A DNA stretch of 51,629 nucleotides from an uncultured Verrucomicrobiota bacterium (GTDB lineage: Bacteria > Verrucomicrobiota > Verrucomicrobiia > Limisphaerales > AAA164-E04), in assembly GCA_964415055.1 (NCBI GenBank), contig CAYPZD010000020.1, positions 1-51,629 of the forward strand, in the 5' to 3' direction. Under the pieces are notes generated by a model, which saw nothing but the letters and a program-made list of their open reading frames with translations, had not been told where the DNA came from and did no database searches. How positions within the stretch are numbered: position 1 is the stretch's first letter; the number at the start of each line of letters is the position of its first letter. This document shows, in pieces, positions 1 through 9,438 of the stretch. Position numbers and translations under genes: made by a program.

Positions 1-1
1 T

Positions 2-325
2 ATGATCACCCTAACTTCTCACTCAACTTGGGCCAGAAAGTCGACGGCCGGCACTTTGGGATGGATCCATGCGCGTAGGGATATGTTTGGTGAAAAAGTT
101 GCCTCTGATTACGTGGAGGTTTTTCAAATGATCGCAAAAAACTACGGTAAAGAGGAAGCGATGGTATTTTCTGGGGAGCATATGCTGCCACTTAATGTGA
201 TGTTCAGAAAAAACGATCTAGATCCACCATCGAAGGAAGTGATACTGAGTTTTATTGAGCGATCAAAAGTCAATTTCATTGCAGAGTTGTACTCTCGCCC
301 TGAGTTGTTCCCTAAAGAAGAATGA
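2..325 (+). CDS. Hypothetical protein, probably 5'-truncated at the window edge, in an AT-rich segment
   Basis: 107-aa ORF from the window edge with protein-like composition; no recognisable motif. Confidence 0.45.
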   Translation: MITLTSHSTWARKSTAGTLGWIHARRDMFGEKVASDYVEVFQMIAKNYGKEEAMVFSGEHMLPLNVMFRKNDLDPPSKEVILSFIERSKVNFIAELYSRPELFPKEE

Positions 326-562
326 TAAAAACTCCGTTCGGGGGAAACTGGACAAGATCAAATCAAGTAAAAAAAGTCGAAAAAAATGACTTAAGGATAT
401 GGGGGCAACTCTCAAAAAATTGGCATTTATTTGGTTTTCTTGCCTGGAATTTCTCTGAATTGTCCGGTATTGTAGATTCAAGTAGTAGGCCTAATCAGCT
501 ATCTCAAGCTCATCTAACAACCTGCTAAAAAGTGGGATAAACGGACGAAAAACGGGAGGATT

Positions 563-638
563 TGGTGGAGCCATGGGGAGTCGAACCCCAGACCTTCTCA
601 TTGCGAACGAGATGCTCTACCAACTGAGCTATGACCCC
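563..638 (-). tRNA. tRNA-Ala (anticodon CGC)
   Basis: Reverse complement GGGGTCATAGCTCAGTTGGTAGAGCATCTCGTTCGCAATGAGAAGGTCTGGGGTTCGACTCCCCATGGCTCCACCA: 76 nt, D-arm, TTCGA T-loop, anticodon loop TT-CGC-AA, G3:U70 Ala determinant, encoded CCA. Confidence 0.97.
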
Positions 639-686
639 ATCCAAAATGGTTCAGCCGAGGTGGTTGAATTCCTTGGCTGAGACTTG

Positions 687-716
687 ATCTTACTTTGCCC
701 GATTCCGCAGTGTCAA
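687..716 (-). promoter_or_regulatory. sigma70-type promoter for tRNA-Ala
   Basis: TTGACA (716-711), 18-nt spacer, TAAGAT (692-687), about 50 nt upstream of the tRNA. Confidence 0.6.
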
Positions 717-747
717 AATCAAAAGGGTGTGGTTCTTCAAGATATTC

Positions 748-843
748 CATCCTGAAAATCCTGTTCATCCTGTCTAAAAATGTATTCATTGTCACCTCCA
801 ATAGGTGGGTTCTTTTTTTTGAACCGCAGATTAACGCAGATTT
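748..843. repeat. Short 9-mer tandem repeats: (c/a)ATCCTGnn x3 and CGCAGATT x2
   Basis: catcctgaa-aatcctgtt-catcctgtc (748-774) and ttttgaaccgcagattaacgcagatt (~817-843). Confidence 0.6.
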
Positions 844-1068
844 TACTTTGGGTTGATTTGTTTGTTCCTGACAAGAACAGCCGTCAATTTAATCCTGGAG
901 TTCGCATTGGTTTCAAGAATCGCACCTCGATCATATATTCGGTGTTTACCTTGAAGATCCCTCAGGGTGGTGATGTGAAAGTCTGCGGAAAAAACACACC
1001 TACAGGGGGGATTCAAATGGGGGATTCCTTCTTTTGACATGGTGCGTGGTCTGTTTTAAAAAAGAGGC

Positions 1069-4000
1069 ATGCTTCAGCGTTTGTTTTTTTGTGTCCTTTT
1101 GGGGGTGGCGGGTTTGTCCCGGGCTGCCGAGCCGCGTCCGGCTCGTTTGAATGATATTGATATCCTCAAACATCTACAGCCCAATCCTGTTGATCTGTCC
1201 GGTAATGGCGGGGCGAATGCTACTCTCAAACAGGTTTTCTTGCCTGATGGTTTCAAGGCCGAGTTGATCGCCACGGAACCGGACATCGTTCAACCGATCG
1301 CCTTCACGTTTGATGAATTAGGACGTTTGTGGGTGGTGGAGGCGTTGAGTTATCCGGCGAAACGTCCGGAGGGTGAAGGCAGGGACCGTGTGGTGGTTCT
1401 GGAGGATTATGATGGGAATGGTTCGTTTGAGAAACGAACGGTTTTTACCGAGGGATTGAATCTGGTCAGTGGCATCGAGGTGGGGTATGGCGGTGTCTGG
1501 ATCGGTGCGGCGCCGCAGTTGTTGTTCATTCCGGATGCGGATCAGGATGATAAACCGGATGGGCCGCCCCAGGTGTTGCTGGATGGTTTTGGCTTTCAGG
1601 ACACGCATGAAACGTTGAACAGTTTTATCTGGGGACCGGATGGCTGGTTGTATGGCAATCAGGGTGTTTTCAATTATTCACAAATCGGCAAACCCGGTAC
1701 TCCCGTTGGTGAGCGCACGGAAATGCGGGCCGGAGTTTGGAGGTATCATCCGGTGCATCATCGTTTCGAAGTGTATGCTCATGGGGGGAGTAATCAGTGG
1801 GGGTTGGATTATGATCAACACGGGCAGTGGTTCATGACGCATTGCCGCAGTTACTGGGGGAAGGGGTTGACCACTCATGTGGTACGCGGTGGACATTATT
1901 GGAATCAGGCCAATGCACATTACCCTGACTTTATCGAGCCTTATCCTTCTGAAGGACTCGGTCATTTTAGAAACTTTTTGCTGGCATCGGCACGTTATGG
2001 TCATGGCGAAGGGGGCGCGGGTGCTCGGGGGACGCGTCGGGTTTATGGGGGACATTCCCATATTGGTACCATGTTGTATCAGGGAGACAACTGGCCAAGC
2101 ACGTATCGGGATCGGCTCTACACCCACAATTTACACGGTCACCAAATGAATGTTCAAGTGAATGAGCGTGATGGTTCCGCATACAATACAGTGCATGCCG
2201 GACAGGATTTTCTCTTTTGTTCCGATCCACGTTATATTGCCATTGATTTGAAGTATGGACCGGACGGTGCGGTTTACATTAACGACTGGTATGACACACA
2301 GCATTGTCACAATCCGAACAGCGAGCAATGGGATCGCAGCAATGGGCGCATTTACCGTGTTCAGTTTGAAAAAACGTTCAAACCCGTTCTGGTGAATCTA
2401 AGCAACAAGACCGATCGTGATCTTGCCTGGATGCAATTGCATCAGAACGCCTGGTACGCGCGCACATCGCGCCGGTTGTTGCATGAACGTGCGCAGAAGG
2501 GTGCGATTGCACAGGATGCTCTGGATGTGTTGCGCAACATGTCCACAGAGCATGCCGACGTGAACCGTCGCGTGCGCGCCCTCTGGACTTTGTTTCTTTG
2601 TAACGGAATAGGGGATCGGGATTGGGGTGTTTATCTTCGTGATGAGTCGGAGTATGTGAGGGCGAACGCAGTTGAGTTGTTGTCCGGTCTTGATCAAGCT
2701 CCCTTGTCGCCTTTGGGACAATTGGTTCTGATGTCGCAGAGTGAATCGTCTTCATTTGTGCGCCTACGGCTGGCTTCTGCTGCAATGCGATTGTCGGGCG
2801 ATACAGCCTGGAGTTTGCTCGAAGGTTTGGCCCGCCATACAGAGGATGCCGGAGATCGTTATGTCCCGTCCATGCTCTGGTTCGCCATTGCCCAAAAAAT
2901 GCCGGGCAACCTGGATCGCGTGTTTCAATGGCTTGAGCAGGAGGGACAAATCATACCTGTGTTGAAGGATTATATAGTCTGGTATGCTGCGAAACTGAAA
3001 GGGGAAGCTTTGGATCGTGCCATTACCTATCTTGATCGTTCAGGTGTAGAGGATCGCGGTCGAATGATGGGGGCCATTCATCTGGCCTTGAGGAACGAAA
3101 CCCGGGTTCCCATGCCGCGTCGTTGGTCCAGTGTGGCATCCAAATTGTATCGGAGTACGGATGATACGGTGCGTCTGCCGGCTGAGAAGGTTTCGGCCAT
3201 ATTCGGAGACCGAACAGTGCTTCCGAAAATGAGGGACATGTTGGCAGACAAGGGGCGATCCCTGGCGGAACGTACTCATGCACTCGATATCCTCAGCAGG
3301 TCCGGCGATGAAGCTTCGGTACCCCAATTCATTGAGTTGTTGGACGAGGCAGATTTTCAGTCAAAAGCCATCAACTTACTGGCCCGATTCGATCATCCCG
3401 ACAGCGCAGCGGCGTTGTTGGAACGATTGTCACGTTTTGAAGGAAAGGATAAAGCCGCCGTTTTTAATACGTTGACCGCGCGGGTGAGTTTGGCTGTTCC
3501 GCTTTTGGATGCTGTGATTGCCGAGAAGGTAGATCGGGATTTGCTGACGGCCTATTACCTGCGACAACTGCAGCAGTTGAACGCTCCGGCTGTGAATGAA
3601 CGCATTGACCAGATCTGGGGGAGCATTACCCAAACATCGGAAGAAAAAGCCGGGAAAATTGACGCCCTGCAACATACCTACAGCGAGGCGCCTTTGTGGG
3701 CATACAGTGCCAATGAAGGGAAACAATTTTTTCAATTGCTTTGCAGCAGTTGCCACCGGGTCCAAGGTGAGGGGACCGCAATCGGGCCCGATCTTGACGG
3801 GGCGGGTTCGAGCGGCAGTCGTTATTTTCTGGAAAACATTATCGATCCAAACGCCGTCATTGGTCAGAATTATCAGGTAACCGAGATCGAACGGACCGAT
3901 GGGGAAACGATTTCAGGTTTGTTCGTCAGTGAAAGTGAAACAGGCGTGGTCCTCCGCACGCTGACCGACAACATCACCATCGCCAAAGATGAAATAGCAA

Positions 4001-4101
4001 CCCGTAAACTCGCCACCCATTCCATGATGCCGGAGGGTTTACTGGACGGTTTGAACGAGCGGCAGGTGATTGAGTTGTTGAAATATCTTGGTTCCTTGTA
4101 A
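1069..4101 (+). CDS. PVC-type heme-binding CxxCH protein (DUF7133/glucose-sorbosone dehydrogenase-like propeller, HEAT repeats, C-terminal cytochrome c)
   Basis: Signal peptide; LPDGFKAELIATEP, WGPDGWLYG and GPDGAVYINDWYD propeller motifs; HEAT-like middle region; CSSCH; GPDL; SMMPEGLL tail. Confidence 0.92.
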   Translation: MLQRLFFCVLLGVAGLSRAAEPRPARLNDIDILKHLQPNPVDLSGNGGANATLKQVFLPDGFKAELIATEPDIVQPIAFTFDELGRLWVVEALSYPAKRPEGEGRDRVVVLEDYDGNGSFEKRTVFTEGLNLVSGIEVGYGGVWIGAAPQLLFIPDADQDDKPDGPPQVLLDGFGFQDTHETLNSFIWGPDGWLYGNQGVFNYSQIGKPGTPVGERTEMRAGVWRYHPVHHRFEVYAHGGSNQWGLDYDQHGQWFMTHCRSYWGKGLTTHVVRGGHYWNQANAHYPDFIEPYPSEGLGHFRNFLLASARYGHGEGGAGARGTRRVYGGHSHIGTMLYQGDNWPSTYRDRLYTHNLHGHQMNVQVNERDGSAYNTVHAGQDFLFCSDPRYIAIDLKYGPDGAVYINDWYDTQHCHNPNSEQWDRSNGRIYRVQFEKTFKPVLVNLSNKTDRDLAWMQLHQNAWYARTSRRLLHERAQKGAIAQDALDVLRNMSTEHADVNRRVRALWTLFLCNGIGDRDWGVYLRDESEYVRANAVELLSGLDQAPLSPLGQLVLMSQSESSSFVRLRLASAAMRLSGDTAWSLLEGLARHTEDAGDRYVPSMLWFAIAQKMPGNLDRVFQWLEQEGQIIPVLKDYIVWYAAKLKGEALDRAITYLDRSGVEDRGRMMGAIHLALRNETRVPMPRRWSSVASKLYRSTDDTVRLPAEKVSAIFGDRTVLPKMRDMLADKGRSLAERTHALDILSRSGDEASVPQFIELLDEADFQSKAINLLARFDHPDSAAALLERLSRFEGKDKAAVFNTLTARVSLAVPLLDAVIAEKVDRDLLTAYYLRQLQQLNAPAVNERIDQIWGSITQTSEEKAGKIDALQHTYSEAPLWAYSANEGKQFFQLLCSSCHRVQGEGTAIGPDLDGAGSSGSRYFLENIIDPNAVIGQNYQVTEIERTDGETISGLFVSESETGVVLRTLTDNITIAKDEIATRKLATHSMMPEGLLDGLNERQVIELLKYLGSL

Positions 4102-4159
4102 GGCGGTAGGGGGAGGAAAAGATCTGGATTTGCTTGGTGTCTAGAGTTATTCTAAGGGC

Positions 4160-4402
4160 ATGGATAGAGAAAGTACGTCTGAACTGGAACTGGAAATCGA
4201 ACGGTTAGAAAACGAGTTTCCTATGGTTTCTGGTATCGCATTCGCAGAGGCGCGACAAAAAGTTCTGGCTTCTGGTCAAAGCGTACTACAGGTCGAGGAT
4301 GGGGTTATCTATGAAGTGTTTCCTGATGGGAAAAGGGTCATAAGGAAAAAAATTGCCGCTCCTACGACCGTTGATTCTGGGATGAAGATAATTATTCAAT
4401 GA
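4160..4402 (+). CDS. Small protein, putative antitoxin/partner of the downstream zeta-toxin-like kinase
   Basis: 80 aa; ATGA overlap with the next gene; AT-rich like its partner. Confidence 0.65.
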   Translation: MDRESTSELELEIERLENEFPMVSGIAFAEARQKVLASGQSVLQVEDGVIYEVFPDGKRVIRKKIAAPTTVDSGMKIIIQ

Positions 4403-5154
4403 AGCAAGGGACTCCAAGGGTCCGAATGTTTGCTGGCCCAAACGGGTCAGGAAAGAGTGTTCTAAAGTCATATCTCCCCAAAGAGCTTCTCGGCATTTAT
4501 TTAAATGCCGATGAAATAGAGGCCCAAGCCAGGAAAAGCAAAACTTTGGATTTTAAATGTTATGAGATTGCGGCTACGACCAAAGAGTTGAAGGAGTTTT
4601 TCTTGGCTTCCGAATTGTTAAGGGAATGCTCTCATTGTTGTTTTCCCGCAATGCTTGGTTTTGATGAAATGGTGGTTGATTTTTCAAAAGTGGAAATGAA
4701 CGCCTACTATGCCTCAGTTGCAGTTGCTTTTGTGAGGCAAAAACTATTGGACCAACAAAGGACTTTCACATTCGAAACAGTCATGTCACACCCTGCAAAA
4801 GTGGAATTTTTGGACAAAGCCCAAAAGTTGGGTTATCGAACATATCTATATTACATCGCTACGGAGCATCCAGACATTAACATATCACGCGTTCAACACC
4901 GAGTTCGATTAGGTGGTCATGATGTGCCAACAAAGAAAATTGTAGAACGTTATGAAAGATCGTTGAGTCACTTGCTTGAAGCAATCAAACTTACCAATCG
5001 AGCATACATTTTCGATAACTCTATCACAAATAGCAGTGGTCAATTTCCGTGGATCGCTGAAATAACAGATGGCACGAGGTTGGAGCTGAAAACCACCAAA
5101 GTTCCTGATTGGTTCGTCAAGTCGGTGCTTAACAAATTACCGAATTCTCAGTGA
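4399..5154 (+). CDS. Zeta toxin-like P-loop kinase (COG4185-type)
   Basis: N-terminal Walker A AGPNGSGKS, YLNADEI, FETVMS, RVRLGGHDVP, YIFDNS. Confidence 0.88.
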   Translation: MKQGTPRVRMFAGPNGSGKSVLKSYLPKELLGIYLNADEIEAQARKSKTLDFKCYEIAATTKELKEFFLASELLRECSHCCFPAMLGFDEMVVDFSKVEMNAYYASVAVAFVRQKLLDQQRTFTFETVMSHPAKVEFLDKAQKLGYRTYLYYIATEHPDINISRVQHRVRLGGHDVPTKKIVERYERSLSHLLEAIKLTNRAYIFDNSITNSSGQFPWIAEITDGTRLELKTTKVPDWFVKSVLNKLPNSQ

Positions 5155-5163
5155 GTTAAATCT

Positions 5164-5198
5164 AATCTGTGACAATCTGAGTCATCAGCGGTTCAAAA
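5164..5198 (-). repeat. CGCAGATT-family short repeat
   Basis: Reverse complement ttttgaaccgctgatgactcagattgtcacagatt resembles 817-843 and 23841-23874. Confidence 0.55.
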
Positions 5199-5243
5199 CC
5201 AAAAAACGTAAAGCTGTCTTTATCCAAACGCACTCGTTGTTTT

Positions 5244-7415
5244 ATGAATATGACTTCCAAATACCGTGTGACAGAAATCATCACGCTTTTTTCAATTGTG
5301 ATGACATTCTCCTTGTGCCTGCACTTGGCTGCACAAACCCCGCCACCCAATATCATTCTCATGATGGCGGATGACATGGGGATGGGAGACACCAGCGCCT
5401 ATCAGGATTTTACAGGCAACGATGATACGGTTCAGGTCCATACACCCAATATGGATCGTCTGGCTCGATTGGGCGTAAGATTCACAGATGCGCATACACC
5501 TTCTTCACGTTGCACCACCACCCGATACAGCTTGCTGACCGGAAGATATTCCTGGCGCAGCCGGATGAAACACTGGGTGCTGTTCGGAGCGCAGGGTGAC
5601 CCGATGATTGAACCCGACCGACCCACCATTGCCTCGATGTTGCGCGGTGCGGGTTACGGAACGGCGATTGTCGGGAAATGGCATGTTGGGCTTCGATTTC
5701 GTCAATCGGATGGTAGTCCTGCTGCGGAGTGGAAAGATGCCGATCTAAGCAAGCCTCTGTATGATTCTCCGCTGGATCATGGGTTTGATTTTGTCCGGAT
5801 CACTTCGCGTTCGCATGGGACATCCGGACCGGATGCCGGTAAGGCAGTTAAGAAAGGCAATGGGCCAAACCAAAACGTCGGACCGGGGCATATTCATGGT
5901 CGGGATGTCGTGGCGGCATCGGGCAAAGGGAGATCTTTGATAGAAGATACTCCTGATGCGTATGTGTTGTCGAAACTAGGCAGCCGTCATTCGAACAGCG
6001 CCATGGAATTTTTGAACAATCACATCACAGGTGAAGTTTCCAAAGATCGACCATTTTTCCTCTATTACCCGTCCAATTCAAATCATGCTCCATATACTCC
6101 TGATACAGCCATCGGTGGTCAATCCGTGTCAGGCGCCGCTCGAACGATGTCAGGTTCATCGATGGATGCGCGACATGATTTCATTTATGAAAACGATGTG
6201 GCATTGGGGCGATTGATGGATTGGTTGGAGGCGACCCCCGATCCGAGAAATCCCGGGCATACATTGATCGATAACACGATGGTTATTTTTACCAGCGACA
6301 ATGGAGCCGAAAAGAACAACGATATCGCGACGGGTCCCTTTCGCAGCAACAAGGCATCTGTCTTCGAAGGTGGGCATCGTGTGCCGTTTCTTGTTGCTTG
6401 GAAAAACGGAGGTATAGGAGATGGGGATGCCAAAACACCAGGAGCAACACGAACCGATCTGATAGCGTTGCAAGACATGTATGCCACATTCGCAGCCATG
6501 GTGGGAAGTTCGTTGCCGGATTTGGCCGCAGGTCAAAAGGGTGCTGAAGACAGTTTCAACGTATTGCCCGCCATGCTGGGGGAAACATCATTTCGGCATC
6601 CGCCTATGTTTTTCAACGATCACAAGGAGGCCAGGGATGATCCCGCCGTATGCGCCATTCGCATTGATTCGCCGCGTGTGAATGGCAAAGTGATGGAAGG
6701 CCAGTGGAAACTTTTCTTTGACGCCAGCTTGTTGCGGGAAGGAAAGGCGCATCCCATAGCACTCTACAATCTTGCTCGGGATCGATATGAAAGTGAGAAC
6801 TTAATTGAGCATTCCAATCTGACAGAATTGGTGCAATGGATGACTGAAAGAGCAACAACATTCCGGAATATTGGGGGACATCGGTATGAAAAACTTTCGT
6901 TGGGGCAGCGTTTTTCGTATGACTGGAGGAATAAAATTCAATTGGCGCCTGGTTCGCACGGTCGGTTTATTTTGAACAAGAAAGAAGGGTTGACGACATT
7001 GAAAATGACGATCGCGCTTGAGAATCAAGGAGTATTGGCCCGTAGTTTTGGTTTTACCAAGCATTCGAATGGTTTTGGGGTGTCCAGTAATCGTTCTTTA
7101 AGTGTCAATGGCGGTGAGGCATTGTTCTTTCGATTCGATCAGGATGTGTTGATTGAATCTGTTTCATTGGTGGCAGGAGATGATGGAAGTTGTGGTGGAT
7201 ATTACGCTGTAGGAGAGCATCAACCTTTGGCCATCTATTGTGTCGATGCAGACAATGACGCCAAGGATCAACAAGGAATCCTAAGCGACCTCGGCGTGCT
7301 AAAACGGGGACAACCTCTGAGATTGGACACACATCCGCACCTTGGCGTCGAAGCGCCTGGTATTTGGCGCGTGGCCGGAATGTCGGTTCGAACGCTGGGG
7401 GAGAGAGGGAAATAG
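5244..7415 (+). CDS. Sulfatase (S1 family) with C-terminal extension
   Basis: Signal peptide; PNIILMMADDMG, CTTTRYSLLTGR, GKWHVG, FTSDNG, EGGHRVP. Confidence 0.92.
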   Translation: MNMTSKYRVTEIITLFSIVMTFSLCLHLAAQTPPPNIILMMADDMGMGDTSAYQDFTGNDDTVQVHTPNMDRLARLGVRFTDAHTPSSRCTTTRYSLLTGRYSWRSRMKHWVLFGAQGDPMIEPDRPTIASMLRGAGYGTAIVGKWHVGLRFRQSDGSPAAEWKDADLSKPLYDSPLDHGFDFVRITSRSHGTSGPDAGKAVKKGNGPNQNVGPGHIHGRDVVAASGKGRSLIEDTPDAYVLSKLGSRHSNSAMEFLNNHITGEVSKDRPFFLYYPSNSNHAPYTPDTAIGGQSVSGAARTMSGSSMDARHDFIYENDVALGRLMDWLEATPDPRNPGHTLIDNTMVIFTSDNGAEKNNDIATGPFRSNKASVFEGGHRVPFLVAWKNGGIGDGDAKTPGATRTDLIALQDMYATFAAMVGSSLPDLAAGQKGAEDSFNVLPAMLGETSFRHPPMFFNDHKEARDDPAVCAIRIDSPRVNGKVMEGQWKLFFDASLLREGKAHPIALYNLARDRYESENLIEHSNLTELVQWMTERATTFRNIGGHRYEKLSLGQRFSYDWRNKIQLAPGSHGRFILNKKEGLTTLKMTIALENQGVLARSFGFTKHSNGFGVSSNRSLSVNGGEALFFRFDQDVLIESVSLVAGDDGSCGGYYAVGEHQPLAIYCVDADNDAKDQQGILSDLGVLKRGQPLRLDTHPHLGVEAPGIWRVAGMSVRTLGERGK

Positions 7416-7447
7416 TGAATAGTGAATTTTGAATGGTGAATGAATGA
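7413..7447 (+). repeat. Heptamer tandem repeat (TnnTGAA x4-5) starting at the sulfatase stop codon
   Basis: tagtgaa tagtgaa ttttgaa tggtgaa tgaatga. Confidence 0.65.
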
Positions 7448-7450
7448 TGA

Positions 7451-7900
7451 GGTAGATCGTATCGTCTCGATGCGCTCCTTGTGGCTTTGGACTTCAATTT
7501 TACCATCCAATGGAAACTCTGGAGTTATTGAATGCATTTACCCTTGTGATGCATCCCTGAAAATGGCAGGGCATTCAGAACGCCGGGCTTCCCGAAACGA
7601 GAGGTGAATGGCATTTGGTATGCCACAAGGGACACGCCAGGGATCCACGCAGTCGCGGGACAAGCAGGCACGATCTACCAGTGGTGGCCTGCAGGTAGAT
7701 CGTATCGTCTCGATGCGCTCCTTGTGGCTTTGGACTTCAATTTTACCATCCAATGGAAACCCTGAAGTTATTGAATACCTTTACCCTTGTGATGCATCCC
7801 TAAACACGGCAGGGCATTCAGAATGCCGGGCTTCCCGAACCGAGAGGTGAATGGCATTTGGTATACCACAAGGTTTCGCGTCGAGACGACCCGATCTACC
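7451..7900. mobile_element. Two tandem REPIN/MITE-like units (GTAG family): 7451-7679 and 7694-7900
   Basis: Each unit starts GGTAGATCG and ends CGATCTACC, with inner CCTTGTGG/CCACAAGG inverted repeats and a near-identical ~150-bp interior. It lies between convergent genes; a third copy is at 43230-43457. Confidence 0.88.
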
Positions 7901-7906
7901 TGCCGC

Positions 7907-9436
7907 CTAATTATAACCCTCTCCCTCAACTCCTCTTTTAGTCGTAGGTGTTGAGATTCCATCCTTGCTGGTGTTGGTGTTGCGGAGCCGTGGTTTGCGT
8001 TTTTTGGGGGGGGCAGGGGGAACGGCATGATGATCCAAACCCGCTTCTTCGATGTTCAGTTGAGTAATTTTGGCCTGGATCTTGTTGATGAGGTTGGCGC
8101 ATTGAGTCAGAAAAATCAGGAAGATGCGATCACCACGCAAAGCTTCATGTGTGAGTTCGTCCAACGCTTTGAGTTTGATACGTGTGACCTTGTCCAGCAT
8201 GCCTCTCAGTTCGGGGATGCTGTTGGATTCCATTTGGGAACGCTCGATACTTAATGTCTTGGTGAGCAGGGCATCCAGTTTGTCTTTCTCCAATAACATT
8301 CGTCTTTCGACATCCTTTTCCTGGATGCGTTTCCAACGATCCCATAATAGATACAATCCGGCCACGAGAGCAACGGCCAGTTCCTTGAAGGCGGCCAGCG
8401 ATTCCATGATGTTGGCCATGTGTCCCACACGGTCGGATGGATTGAAAAACTGATGCGCCCGGGGATGATACCTTAGCTTGCTCCAGTCCCGTAGAATATC
8501 TTCGGTGCTGTGCAATGTGGGTAAATGCATCCAAAGGGATTGCTGAAAGACGCAATTGAGTAATTGGTCCACGACGACTGAATCAATGTCTTCACGCCCT
8601 ACCAATAAGGATGTGGTCGCCACCGTGACACAGTCCACATCAGTGGGAACAGTGCCAAATCCATACAGAGCTTTAGGTATCTTCATCTGGATGAAGAAGG
8701 AATTCTGCATGGCGATGGCCTCCGCGTATTCGATGGGGATGAGTCGGTAGTTCCCGGTATTCAAGAGTAACTTGAGGTCCGGATTCATCATGCCCGCCGT
8801 GACGATGGCTGCGTCGATCTCGGGGTGCTTGTCCAATTCCGTGAAATACATCTCGTGGGCTTCAAATGTGTCTTCGGTCAGGCCGTGGTAATCGAGGATT
8901 TCTTCCGCGGTGGACCTCATTCCCGAGTTCGGTGAACCAATGAGGATTTGGTGGTCGCGCAGGTCCTGAACACGGTGGATGTCCGATTCTTTGCGGACGA
9001 TGACGTGTACCAATTCTGGATAAAGTGGGGCAATGATGGAGAATCCATCCAGGGGAACTACATCTCCCTGCAGGATGGCCAGGTCAACGTCGTGATTGAT
9101 CAGTGATGAACGGTTTTCACCACTGCCGGAGCTGGAAACAATCTCCAATGTGGAATCCGTATGTTTCTGCCATATTTCACTCAGCAAGTCACCCACCTGA
9201 TGGTAGAGACCTCCGTCTTCCCCCGTGACGAGACGTAACCGAGATGGGGTTCGCTCCATGGTGGCGTACCATGCGATCACCGAGAAAGCGACCATGGCAG
9301 CCATGGTCCACGCCATCCAGATGCGGGGGCGGGATTCTTTGGACATCGGAACCACCTTTTTATGAGACTGCGTTTTGTTGTGTTGACGTTTGGGCCGTTT
9401 GTTTGGCCTGGGTGGTTTGGATGGATCCGGTTTCAT
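7907..9436 (-). CDS. TAXI-family (NMT1-like) solute-binding domain protein with N- and C-terminal TM segments and a helical tail
   Basis: TGEDGGLY, SSGSGEN, DLAILQGD, LYPELVHVIVRK, GSPNSG, YHPRAHQFF; TM WMAWTMAAMVAFSVIAWY and TM LAVALVAGLYLLW. Start taken at ATG 9436, 2 nt after the AAA stop. Confidence 0.85.
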   Translation of the reverse strand: MKPDPSKPPRPNKRPKRQHNKTQSHKKVVPMSKESRPRIWMAWTMAAMVAFSVIAWYATMERTPSRLRLVTGEDGGLYHQVGDLLSEIWQKHTDSTLEIVSSSGSGENRSSLINHDVDLAILQGDVVPLDGFSIIAPLYPELVHVIVRKESDIHRVQDLRDHQILIGSPNSGMRSTAEEILDYHGLTEDTFEAHEMYFTELDKHPEIDAAIVTAGMMNPDLKLLLNTGNYRLIPIEYAEAIAMQNSFFIQMKIPKALYGFGTVPTDVDCVTVATTSLLVGREDIDSVVVDQLLNCVFQQSLWMHLPTLHSTEDILRDWSKLRYHPRAHQFFNPSDRVGHMANIMESLAAFKELAVALVAGLYLLWDRWKRIQEKDVERRMLLEKDKLDALLTKTLSIERSQMESNSIPELRGMLDKVTRIKLKALDELTHEALRGDRIFLIFLTQCANLINKIQAKITQLNIEEAGLDHHAVPPAPPKKRKPRLRNTNTSKDGISTPTTKRGVEGEGYN

Positions 9437-9438
9437 GA

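Noticed and set aside
780-1040. Small ORFs between the tRNA and the CxxCH gene
   Set aside because: Overlapping on opposite strands, no motifs, and containing repeat or terminator-like sequence.
817-5198. Composite transposon bounded by the inverted 9-mer repeat copies
   Set aside because: Ends are short and imperfect, there is no transposase or target duplication, and the motif recurs elsewhere (23841).
7105-8028. Short ORFs repeated at 7.1-8.0 kb and 43.1-43.6 kb (e.g. MVKLKSKATRSASRRYDLP)
   Set aside because: Translations of the repeated REPIN/MITE; frames and lengths are inconsistent between copies.
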